This document shows positions 13,638 through 64,000 of a DNA stretch of 64,000 nt, in pieces. Location: NCBI RefSeq assembly GCF_009914755.1, contig NC_060946.1; one strand, 5' to 3'. The notes under the pieces were generated by a model that was given only the letters and a program-made list of their open reading frames with translations, had not been told where the DNA came from and did no database searches. Origin of the DNA: the human T2T-CHM13v2.0 reference genome, Homo sapiens. The position numbers were made by a program, and so were the translations under genes. The first letter of the stretch is position 1; every line of letters begins with the position of its first letter.

Positions 13638-14056
13638 AGCAGAATGGTGCAGACTGTGGCAAGTTGAGAACTTATGCCTCTGTAAAGGGGGCAGCCACCA
13701 CTCAGTTACTGCAGATTACTCTATCTTTGCTGAGGACAGTTGCACAGGTAGTGCACTGCAGAAGGGTAACACCTTAGAGGGATGTCATTTGCATCATAGA
13801 TGCAAAATTCACAGGCAAAGACTGATGTAGTTTGTCCCTAAAGTTTTGCTTTGATTTGCAGATATTTATCCATGGCAGTTTCCTGAAAAACGTCTATAGA
13901 AGGTTTTGAGGAATGGGCACCTTTTAATTTGCTACTAAACTAAACCCCAAGGGCCCATTATATGCCAGCGTGGTCCTAGAGATTCCACACTCATTCAGTT
14001 CCTTTTCATCATAGGAAGTGGGCATTATAATATCAGGTCCACTATAAGAGCTGGAG

Positions 14057-17999
<3,943 letters not shown>

Positions 18000-18012
<13 letters not shown>

Positions 18013-18310
18013 TCAGCAGGAGAGCAGGAATCTTCAGTGATCCACGGGCAGATCTGCCGCCATTGTGGGCACCTGTTCCTCCCGCGACCTTTGTGCTCGC
18101 CTCTCTCCTTCCAGTACCTATTGCATGACCCCCCACGTCCGCCTCCCGCCATTGCCAGCAAGTGCCTCGCGTGGGTACCTGGCTGCGCTTATTAATCCGT
18201 TAAGCTCGCTCTGTCACGGGCGCCGTGATGTGCTCACGCGCCCGCTCCCTCAGGTTTAAAAGGCGCGTTGCCCGGCAACAGAAGAAACTGCTGGCTTAGC
18301 CGTTGGCCGA
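18000..18310 (+). promoter_or_regulatory. CpG-rich putative promoter of the POM121-like copy
   Basis: CpG-rich non-Alu segment; TATA-like TTTAAAA at 18255-18261; YY1-like CCGCCATT at 18057 and 18146. Confidence 0.5.
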
Positions 18311-18740
18311 GTTGGCGGCTGGACGAGGACGCTCAGAGCCCAGCTCTCGAGAGTTCAAGCAACCGACGGTTCCCCACTGCTCCCAGGAGCGGTTACCTGG
18401 GCACTCTGTGCCCCTCCTTCCTGTTCGGGCCCAGGCCGAGGACCTGCCAGTAGGGCTCAGTTGCCTGGAGCCCGTTCAGCCCATCCCCCAGTTCACTTTG
18501 CCTGTGGGATCTCCCCGTTGCTCCTGCCCGTGGACTGAGTGGCAGGCCATCCTACAAGCACCCGGACACTTGACATCCGTGGTGTCAAGACAACTCTAAG
18601 AAGGTTTTCCGTGATCCTGCAAGCCCTGCCTTCCTTTCTGGGATCCTGCCTTCAATTTGATTGCACAGGTACCACAGCAAGCCAGTGCTGCGTGCTCCGA
18701 GTTCCAGGGCGTCCTCCAGCTCAGCCACTGCACTGAGAAC

Positions 18741-22800
<4,060 letters not shown>

Positions 22801-24149
22801 GGCCTGTGAGCATGGGTTTGATCTTCAAACAGGACCTGGAGGGTAGGGACAGACAGTGCTGTCACCCTTAGGTGCTGAACACTCAGAAACGGGCCAGCGG
22901 CAGCCCTTCCCTCACCTGCAGACACCAGATTGGGCAGAACAGCACGTGGCACTTGCAGCTCTTGCAGTGAGGGCAGAACCCAGTGTCAACCCTTCTGCCT
23001 GTGGGAGGGGCTGCTGAGGCCTGCGGAGAGGCCAGGTTGGAGGCTCGTCCCCTTGTCCAGCCCTTGGCGTGGTCTCCACCAGGTCCCCAGCCCACCAGTG
23101 CAGGGCGCCCCTGAGCCTGCTGCTGCCACGGGCCCTGTCTCTACCCAGGACGTCCCCCCACCCTCGCTGTGTCAGGGAAATGATCATGGTGGCGGTGACA
23201 CTCCGCAGGCAGGGCTGCTGAGAGAAGCTGAGAAGGGTCACACTGCAGGCAGAGGCCCGTGTGACAAGCTCCTCTCACCCCGAGAGAGCTGACCAGGCAG
23301 CTCACGAGCAGAGCCACATCCCGGGAGTCCGAGAAAGGTCCTGGCTGGGCTCAGCCACCTCATTGGCCACGGGCAGCCTTTGTCGTGTGAGCCTTGCTCT
23401 CCTGGGGAGGCTCAGGCTGACGGCTGATGTGGGCATTGCCAAGGGTAACCTGTGGCCCAGTGTATATGGCCGGGTCTCCTCAAGCTGCATTCATTCAAGT
23501 AGGACCCAGGGTGCATGCCCATCTCCAGCCCAGGGCAGCTCCCCTGTAAGCTGGGTGAGCTACTGAAGCCAAGGCAGGAGGCAGCTGACAACACCCACGG
23601 CCCATGCAGAGGTGGTGGAAAGGCTGGAGTCAGCAGCAACACCAAATCCCGGACCAGGCAGAAACCACCCAAGACTGAGGGGCTCGTGCCAGAGCGGTGG
23701 CCACAGGTAAGAACCCGGGCCCAGGCTGTGTGGCAGGAATCCTCCATGTCCCAGGGCTTAGCATAGCAAAGGAAGACCAGCCGGGTCACCCTGGTGGCCA
23801 TCTGTCCCTGTCCCACCTGCAGAGTCAGAACAGCCTCTCCCCAGTGGGGATCATCTCTCTCTGCCAAAGCAACAGCGGTCCCTGCCCCAACCAGACTACC
23901 CCACTCAGTGGAGTTACGGATGCTGCTCCAGCATCCTAACACTGCCCAGCTGGTGCCTGCCTGTGCTCACCCGCACCCCCCAGGCCGGCCTTCCCTGCAG
24001 CCTGGGCTTGGCCACCTTGGCCTGATTGAGCACTGAGGCCTCCTGGGCACCCAGCCCCATCACTGCACCTGCTGCTTCCAGCCCCACCCCACAAGCTCAG
24101 GGGTTCTTCCCAGCGGCGCTGATCATGAAGTCAACATGCACGCAAGTCG

Positions 24150-27100
24150 TCTCAGGAAACTTTTTAATGAAAGTGTCGGCCACGGTGGTGTGTAGGTGGC
24201 TGAGCTCAGATTGCAGCTGCTGAGACACCAGCCACTTACCAAGAGAAAGCCAGGCTGCTTCAAACCCAGGGCCCGCGGCAAAAAAGCATCACTTCCGGCC
24301 GGGGAGTCTGGAAGCCACGCCTTGTGGGAGGTCACACTGGCATCTAGGCCTTCGCCTGCACTGCAGAAGGAGAGCCGGGTCCCCCTCCTGGAGAACGCTG
24401 CGTTCCCCAGCCCCACACCGGCTTTGCCACCACACAGGCTGTTGAGGCAGGAGGCGGGTAAGACGTAGCTGTAGACCCAAAGCAACCACCAGCCCTGGGA
24501 CCCTGCGGGAGAGAAGCACTTTTAGAACATGGAAAAGTGTGGTCATCCCATCATTAGACAGCACACATCCTACATAAATAAAAAGTCCTATGGGGAAGGA
24601 GGTTGGGGAGGGAATAAAAAATTGGCACAGACATTGATAGACTGGTTTCCAGTTTGAAGGTAATAGATGCACATCATGAGACCAGAGGAGGCAGAGACAA
24701 GGGCTGGATTTGGCTTTTCTAAGCAACATGTGTTCCTGCACAGGGCTGAATGGTCACTGAGACAGAGATGGAAGCCAGGACAGGGGAGCCCACTGGGCCC
24801 AGATAGGTACAGAGAGCAGAGGCTCCTGTTCTGTCCTCACCACCCATGAGGGTGACACTGCTTGTAAATGGTGGCTGTGCTCTCCCAGCAAGAAAAAAGC
24901 ACAACTAAATCCACACTGCACAAAGACGCAGACAGAAAGCCTTCAAGTGGCTCTGTTTTCTGCTCCCTGCCTCATCAGGTCCACAAGCAGAGAGGAGTGT
25001 CAGGTACATATCCCTGCTGTCAGGCTCCCCAGTAAGCTGCGGGCTCAGCAGGAGCTGCCCACTGACACACAGGGGACACCCACTCCTGCCACCTTGGGAG
25101 CAGTTGCCAGACAGAGCCGTACTGGGTGCTGGTGTCATCCAGGGACCCCACACACTTCCTTAAATGTGATCCTGCTTCCCTCTGCGCAGCTGCATCCTCT
25201 CCTCCTGCAGGACCGTCTGGAAACTTGGCTCTCAGTTTGCTCTCCCTTCTCTCCTCTGCCTGCCCCAAGCCCCTCTTTCTAAAAAAGTGATGCCACGTTC
25301 ATGGGATTATTTCTTGAAAATACTTGGCGGCCTCCATGCTTCTGTTTTCTTTGAGTCAGGTAGTCAGGAGGGTTTACAAACAATGCCTGGGCTCCCCCGC
25401 AGGTGCCGGCAGATGGGGTAGCGAATGGTCCTGTGCCTCCACCTGCTCCGGGAGGGAGTCTCCCGTCTCTAGGCCTGGCCCCTTCCTAACCCTCCACGTA
25501 TCCTGTTCTCCAGAGACTTCAGAACCCACTCCTGAGAACAGCGGAGCCAGGCGCTTAGAGGAAGACCAAATGCTGCCAGGACACGGATTGTCCAGGGATT
25601 ACATTCCAGCATCTTATTAGGTATCTGGATCTGTTGGGGAAAAAATTAGAAACTATGTATAAAACTTACAAATATTCAAGTATCAAAAGGTTATTTAGGA
25701 TGAAAGTTTTAAAACAAGTCATCAGCAAGCTGCTACCACCAAGTGGAGACTTATACAAAAGTTGAGCGAGTCCACTGAGCTGAGAGGACAGAAATGAAGT
25801 CACCTGTGCTGGGGCAGGGGCAGGGACACTGGGGGCAGGGAGTGTGTGGGCAGAGAAGCCAGAGAAGTCCAGGCCTGTGGAAGCCAAACAGGAGAGCGTG
25901 GGCCGGAAGGGCGGTCAGGATCGGGGGACGAGGTCGCTCTCCCTGGAGAACGAACCCTAAGGTGCGTAGCCTGGGATTCCCTCCCTGGAGGTCCTGTCCC
26001 CCGACATTTCACAGGCCTTCTGAGCTGCTTTCCAAGGAGGACTAACACGGCAACAAAAGAACCATTTCTGCACAAAAATCCTGGAAAGAAAAAGAAGCAA
26101 GCCGAGAATGGAGTCAAAACGCTACCCAGTGCTGACTAAGCCTCTCAAACCCTGTTCTAAGTGGACTGTGGTTTCTAAGTCAGGGAAATGGAAGAGGCCC
26201 CACCCACACAGGGACAGGGCCACGGCCCCCACAGGATGAAGCAGCAGCGTTTATTCAAGATACAACAGTGAGGGAATCCGGTCACGTTCCCTTCTCCCCA
26301 GAGAGGGCGCATCTTGACAAGTGATCGAGTAGAAATCTTTTAAACTCTAAGTTAAGTTCATAAAAACCACTGGTTTCACTCTGTCTCCCAGGGCCAGGCC
26401 TGGCCTCTGAGATGCACTGGCTTGGGGCGCCCTCAGGTGGCTGCATGGAAAACCCACAGTCTGAGGCCAGCCTGGGGCTTTCAGACCTGGGCGGGATCTG
26501 CCCAGGCCACCTGTCCTTCTGCTTTGGGCCGCTGTCTCTTGGCAGATGGCCTGACACCTGGGGGTGGCCCAAGGATGCCTCAGAAAATCTTGATTCCCAC
26601 TCTACAGATAGCCTGATTAGCCAGAGGTTTCCAGGCCATCTGTCCGCCTCCAGGAGATGGACTGGGACCTTTAGACATCGGTGGAGAACAGGATGCTCTG
26701 TCCCTTGCTGTCCGGGGCAGGGACGGCCTCCAGCCGCAAGAAGTACAGCAGCACCTCGACCTGCCCTCGCGGAGTGGGGAAGAGGAGAGTGGCTCAGAGG
26801 GGGGCTCACAGCTGCTGGTGGGGAGGTCTTTGGGGCCCAAGTCCCCAAGTCCACCTCAGGTGCTAGAAACCCCTGCTGGTGTCATGAACCCCTTACAGTG
26901 AGACGGGGGTGGGGTGGGGTCCTGACAAGGCATGACTTGTTGGGTGGGGGGTGGTTATTTATTTTAGAGATGCACAGGGCCTTGCTCTGTCCCCCAGGCT
27001 GGAGTACAGTGGCTCCATCATGGATCACTGCAGCCTCTAACTCCTGGGCTCAAGCAATCCTCCTGTGTCAGCCTCCCAGATACCTAGGATTACAGATGTG

Positions 27101-27752
27101 TGCCACAATGCCTGCCTAATTTTTCTTTGTATTTTTTCTAGAGATGGGGTTTGCTACATTTCCCAGACTGGTCTCAAACACCTGGGTTCAGTTGTCCTGC
27201 CTCGGCCTCCCAAAGTGCTGGGATTACAGGCATGAGCCACCACACCTGAACACTTGGGGTGGTTTTAAGCCCCCAGCAAGGTGCACCAGCAGGAGCAGGA
27301 GGTGGCCTAGGCTCCCCCTATCACTCCCATCCATGCAAACCTAGGCAAGTCCCTGTCTCTGAATCTCAGCCACCACCACATACAATGCAAGTTGGAAGAT
27401 GGGCAGGACTGGGGGTGGGGCAGGCAGAGGCCACCTCTGTCAGGCTGGGGTTGCATGGGCTGGAGCCTGTCTTCCCACACCTGGGACATGACCTCCAAGG
27501 ACCAGCTGTCAGTCATGGTGATGGGCTGGCCGGGGTTGGCAGGGAGCTTGCTCTCCTTCTCGGAGGGCCGGAGCAGCATGGGGCCAAAGACAGTGGCAAG
27601 GTTGTGCAGGGACATCTTATTGACTGCCTCCTTCTCTGCCACCCTGTAGAGGACCAAAGCAGAAGGTGCTGTTTCAACGCCACCACCAGGAGAGAGGCAG
27701 AGGGGCTGTGCCGTGCTAGAGTCCTCAGGGAGAGAGTGACCTCGACCCTGGC
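24150..27752 (-). pseudogene. BCRP5: BCR 3' duplicon: last two exons (27481-27643; 26760 down to the stop at 26673-26671) and long 3'UTR
   Basis: Reads [54 protein letters not shown]|VEVLLYFLRLEAVPAPDSKGQSILFSTDV*, the C-terminal RhoGAP end of BCR. Splice sites are intact. PolyA-like signals at 26250-26255 (AATAAA) and 24163-24168 (ATTAAA). The paralogue number is from memory. Confidence 0.8.
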
Positions 27753-28639
27753 TATGAGCCAATGCGCCCGGCCTCTCACTCTTCTTTATTCAGCATAATT
27801 TATTCTGACGTATCTTCAGTGTAGGTATTCTCTTTTTATTCTCCTATTCCTGTTAAACCCATTGGGCTGAATGCTGTTTATTTCTAGAATGTCTACACCT
27901 GTTTTTCTGCAAGGTCATTTTTTTTTCTCGTTTGCTGTTCGTCACATATACTTTCAAGCTCATCGGTTCCCTCCGTGAGTACAGGTAAGTGGAGGAGCCT
28001 CATGGTCTGCCTCAGGTCTTTGAGATGTTGAGTCTCTGGATCTGGTCCTGCTGCTGGCCTTTTCTGTCCTTGCTCATGGGGCATTGTTTCCGTGAATGTG
28101 TGGTTACTTTTGACTGCATTACTCATTGTCCTGGAAAAATGACTTTGTGGGAATTTTTCAGACCTAGGGTAAAGATGCTTCCTCCAAACTAGGTTTACGC
28201 TTCCTTCTGCCAGGTACCTCAGGGCGCTGTCAGCCTAAAGCCAATTTAAACTAAATCCATCAACTGTGAGGTTTTGGAATCTTCTCACTGGTGTGAATTT
28301 GGGCCATAAGTCCCAAATTCTGTGGGGTGCTCTGTGGGGTGGGGACCAGCCTTAGAGTTCTCATCGGAAGCCCGGGGTGGCTGGATGGGGGCAGATGTTT
28401 TCAGGGCAAGAGCGGCTTGGCTCGCCTCTCTGGTTTCTGGTTTCCCCAGATGGTGCCTGGCGGCTCCTCACTGTCTTGTCAGCCCCTGGATGCCTTTAAG
28501 AAAACATCCTTTTATTTTGTCAGCATTTTTGGTACTTCTCAGTGTGAGGGCTGGTCCAAGTATTTGGCTTATCATAGTTTTACAAAAAGTTGGTTTCTAT
28601 GAAATCTTAAGTCACCTCTTTTTTAAAAATGTACCTTTT

Positions 28640-29800
28640 AGTCCGGGCACGGTGGCTCACTCCTGTAATCCCAGCACTTTGGGAAGCCGGGGCAGGCAGA
28701 TCACTTGAGGCCAGGAATTTGAGACCAGCCTGGACAACATGGTGAAACCCTGTCTCTACTAAAACTACAAAAATCAGTCGGGTGTAGGGCCAGGCGCAGG
28801 GGCTCACGCCTGTAATCCCAGCACTTTGGGAGGCCAAAGCAGGTGGATCACCTCAGGTTGGGAGTTCAAGACCAGCCTGACCAACATGGAGAAACCCCGT
28901 CTCTACTAAAAGTACAAAATTAGCTGGGCGTGGTGGCGCATGCTTGTAATCCCAGCTGCTCATGAGGCTGAGACAGGAGAATCACTTGAACCCGGGAGGT
29001 GGAGGTTGTGGTGAGCCAAGATCATGCGATTCCCCCTGCCTCAGCCTCCCAAGTAGGTGGGACTACAGGCAAGCACCACCATACCCGGCTAACTTTTTTT
29101 TGGTATTTTTAGTAGAGACAGGATTTTACCATCTTGGCCAAGCTGGTCTTGAACTCCTCACCTCGTGATCCACCCACCTCGGCCTCCCAAAGTGCTGGAT
29201 TACAGGCGTGAGCTACCGCGCCCAGACTAAAAGCGCGCCCGGCCGTCTACTACTTCTTATAGGGTGAGAGGCGGGAGGATCGCTTGAGCCCTGAAGTTTG
29301 CGGCTGCTGCAGTTGGCTTTGATCGTACCACTGCACTCCAGCCAGGGTGACAGCAGGACCCTGACTCTAAAAAAAGAAAAAGAAAAAAAAGCATATACTA
29401 TTAATACTTCCTCCTTACTATAATATTTACCGTGGCCTTTATCAGACTAGAGAGTGCTTTTATCTCTCCCTTTTGTAAGAAAGAGCTTTTAGAATTATCA
29501 ATAGATGGTCAGGTGAGGTGGCTCAGGCCTGTAATTCCAGCACTTTGGGAGGCCGAGGTGGGTGGATCACGAGGTCAGGAGTTCAAAACCAGCTTGGCCA
29601 AGATGGTGAAACCCTGTCTCTACTAAAAATACAAAAAAATTAGCTGGGTGTGGTGGCGAGTGCCTGTAATGCCAGCTACTCCGGAGGCTGGGGCAGAGAA
29701 TTGCTTGAACCCAGTAGGCGGAGGTTGCAGTGAGCCAAGATTGTGCCACTGCACTCCAGCCTGGGCAACAGAGTGAGACTCTGTCTCAGAAAAAAAAAAA
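28640..29800. mobile_element. Alu cluster including a chimeric inverted Alu
   Basis: Alu consensus blocks; orientation switches near 29026. Confidence 0.88.
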
Positions 29801-29893
29801 AAATTATTAATAGATGGTGACCCTCATCTTCACGTTTTCTGCATCTATTGAAGTGCGCCACTGAGATCGTGGAGTTCTTCCCTGTTTGTCCAT

Positions 29894-30376
29894 ATGATGA
29901 ACAACACTGATTTTCTGATGTTGAACAATCCCTGGAATAAACTCTGTTTGGTTTCCATGGATTTCTGTTTCCCTTTAGATTTTGTTAGTAATTTATTTTG
30001 GATTTTTGCATCCAAGTTCATAATTGTAACTGGACAAATAAAGGCAGATTTTAAAAGGACAAGTTGGGAGGCTAAGGCGGAAGGATCACTTGAGCCTGGG
30101 AGATTGAAGCTGCAGCTAGCTTCGATTGTTCCACTGTACTCCAGCCTGGTGACAGCAGGACCTGCCTCTAAAATAATAATACTTAAAAGGACGAGTTTAC
30201 CTACAGTCTCACCAAGCAATGAAAGAGCTTATCTTCTTCCTGTTTCCTTTACGGATCTTGCTCATGTATTTTATCTTAGTTACTTTAGCATAAATGCTAA
30301 ATCAAATTCTTTTTCACTAGACATCATAATAGCTCTAGGCATACCACATAATACCCAAGCACATTTTAATCATTAA
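29894..30376 (+). other. 160-aa repeat-derived ORF upstream of the TMEM191A CpG island
   Basis: ATG-initiated ORF built from antisense L1-like sequence plus an Alu-like fragment (~30060-30170). It has no similarity to the TMEM191 coiled-coil exons. I recall this sequence as the database 'TMEM191A protein'. Confidence 0.5.
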
Positions 30377-30631
30377 AATTGTTTCCTTTTTTTGTGGCTA
30401 CTGTAACCACTTCAGCGAACCATTTAGTGTGTAGTGGGTTTAAATTTTTTCTCCTTCCTGGGATAAATTTCCCAGGAGAGGGATAATTGGGTCAAAAGTT
30501 ACGAACATATTTATGGGTTCTTTTCCACAAGAGATCGATCAGTTTGCAAGTGCCATCTGCACTGTGGGGGAACCAATCTTCAACTTGCCTGCATTTGGTA
30601 TTAGTATTTCATTAACCTTTCATTGATCTAA

Positions 30632-33320
<2,689 letters not shown>

Positions 33321-33753
33321 TGGGTTCGTCGTCTGTCTCCCATGTCATGTAGGAGCTTGACTGGCTTTTCAGCCTCCAAAGATTCCTTCCTTTCTTACAG
33401 CTCATGGATTTAGATCCACTCCCCAGTATTGTAAACAGCATTTTTAGTTTTTCAGGATACATAATTTGCCATATTGCCAGAAACTTGTACATAGCATTTG
33501 ACACTTTTTTCTTTGCCAATTTGACAAGCTGCTTTTTTCAAGTATTGTGATTTGAAATTATTTCTACTATATTTGAATTTATTTCTACCATTTGTAACAT
33601 GTTGATCCTGATTTTTCAATGCTCCCCTTTCCTTCTGTTTGATTATTTGGGAAGTCACACTCTGTATTCTGGTATTCTTACTACTTGAGCTCAGCTCATT
33701 GCTGTCATCTTCCCCTAAACCGCCTTAAAGCATCTTAGGTCTTTTCCCTCTGA

Positions 33754-35870
<2,117 letters not shown>

Positions 35871-36424
35871 GCTTTCCTTTCCTTCACACTGCATGTTTGG
35901 TCATTTCACTATTCTGATCACTGATTTTCTCTTCTTACCTGCTGCTGTTTAGCTGATCTTTTGGAGTTTCTCTTTTGTTTCAGGTCTTTATTCCTATCTG
36001 CTTCAGATGCAGGGCCTCGGTGGGTGGGAGTAGATGCTTGCTGGGTCTAGTCACACAAAGATTTTGGAGTTCCAGAGCACAGCACTTCAAAATGAGCAAG
36101 AGGGAAAGACTAGAGCAGTGGGAAGATGCTGCGGAGAGCCACAGACAGGCCCCCACGGCAGCCCTGAGGGAGACAGTTTTGGAGCGGGCAGACAGCAGTC
36201 AGGACAAACACAATGTGTGTTTTGGTGCACCTATGCCGTGGTGAGATTGTGGGAATCTCATGTTTGTTAAGCCACAACCCGTGCTCCTGGGCCCCAGCCT
36301 ATGAGTGCAGCCAACACTGGGCCCCCCTCTCTAGGGGCAAATCCAGGAACTGCCCTTTGGCTGAAGGTGGACTTAGGACTTGACACAAAACCTCACAGAT
36401 TCCAACACAGCACTATTTTGGGTT

Positions 36425-36430
36425 TTTATT
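36425..36430 (-). terminator. PI4KA polyadenylation signal AATAAA
   Basis: tttatt on the + strand, about 325 nt past the stop, with GT-rich sequence downstream on the - strand. Confidence 0.85.
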
Positions 36431-36755
36431 TTGTTGATGTTGGTTAAATCTTATCTCTTTTTTTATACACAATACTTCATGTACCTATGAAATAAGACAG
36501 GTAGGGAATATGTCCAGTGCAAACAGAGGACTCACACCTGTGCATAGACAGCACCATCCATTGATTGTCGCTGCAGTCCATGGCGTTACCAAGGCTGCGC
36601 CACCCACGTGCTGCCCCAGGAGGCGCTACCAGGTTCTTTGGGCCACAGGCCTCTCCTCCACTGCATGTGGCGGCAGGGCAGGGAGGTCGCAGGGCTCCAT
36701 GATTGTGGGACAGCTTTGAGGGCACATGGGGCAGAGGCCCTCGAAGGTCCCCTCC

Positions 36756-63263
<26,508 letters not shown>

Positions 63264-64000
63264 CTACAGGTACAGAAGGAATGTTAGCTCCTCTGTGAAA
63301 CACAAAAAGGGGCTACTGTCAAGTTTTCTCTAATTAAAAAAAGGAACACGTGCTCACTGAATAAGATTTAGAAACCAAGAAAAGTATGAAGAAAAAAATG
63401 AAGATCGCCTATAGTCCCACATCCCAGGGTCATCTGTGTCAGTGCTTGGTGTATTTTCTCCAGCCTCTCGAGGCTGCCTTCTGTTCAACCCGGTTCACCG
63501 TGTGGACATTGCAGGTGTGAGGTGGCAGCACCCGGGATGTACCTGATGCCCTGACAGGCACTGGGTAGGTGACTCTTCTCTATAACCCTGATAACCCTCT
63601 GTGGCTGTGAGCGGGAAGACCCCTCTGTGGGATGCTGAGCTGGCAAGGGCAGAAGAGGGTTCTGGATCCAGAGCCTGGCTCCTCCTCTCCACCCCACACA
63701 GACCCTACCTGATGCCTTCATCCCGCTAACCAGATTAGGAAAGGCCCATGGAGCCGAGGCGAGCCTGCAGCCACCATGGCCAGGCCTGGGAGCCCAGGGT
63801 CAGGCTGCTCCCATGGCCCAGTCATGCTCAGCCAGGTCCCCATTCCGTGGGGGGGCATGAGGGGTGCCCAGAGGGAGCAGCATGGTGCCCGGGAGACACC
63901 TGGGTGCTGCAGAGAGTAAGAGGTGCAGCTCACACATGGAAAGCCCCCATGATTTCTGGGTGTTTTTACAAGGAGACCAACAAACAGCATTTGGCATCTG

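Overview
Human (primate) genomic DNA, recognised as 22q11.21 at the LCR22-C low-copy repeat and the 3' half of PI4KA. Left to right: the GC-rich 5' tip of a probable processed pseudogene (1-55); AT-rich DNA and a decayed L1 (3.6-6.6 kb); a 1.18-kb direct repeat (8033-9212 / 12442-13637) enclosing an orphan copy of the LRRC74B last coding exon; a dense Alu cluster with a decayed duplicate of the POM121L promoter module; an intronless POM121-like retrocopy (POM121L4P-like) with an internal tandem duplication; a BCR 3' fragment (last two exons plus 3'UTR, minus strand); a CpG-island TMEM191-family gene (TMEM191A, plus strand); and 23 intact coding exons of PI4KA (exons 33-55, minus strand, 855 codons including the kinase domain). 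No rRNA, tRNA or CRISPR features are seen. The best lead is TMEM191A. Its +4 and -1 frameshifts compensate, so a continuous spliced 238-aa ORF survives, with a new Ala/Gly-rich insert and a stop in the last exon just before the membrane anchor. Skipping the 41-nt exon 9 would restore that anchor. Gene names come from recalled protein sequences and gene order, not from a database search.
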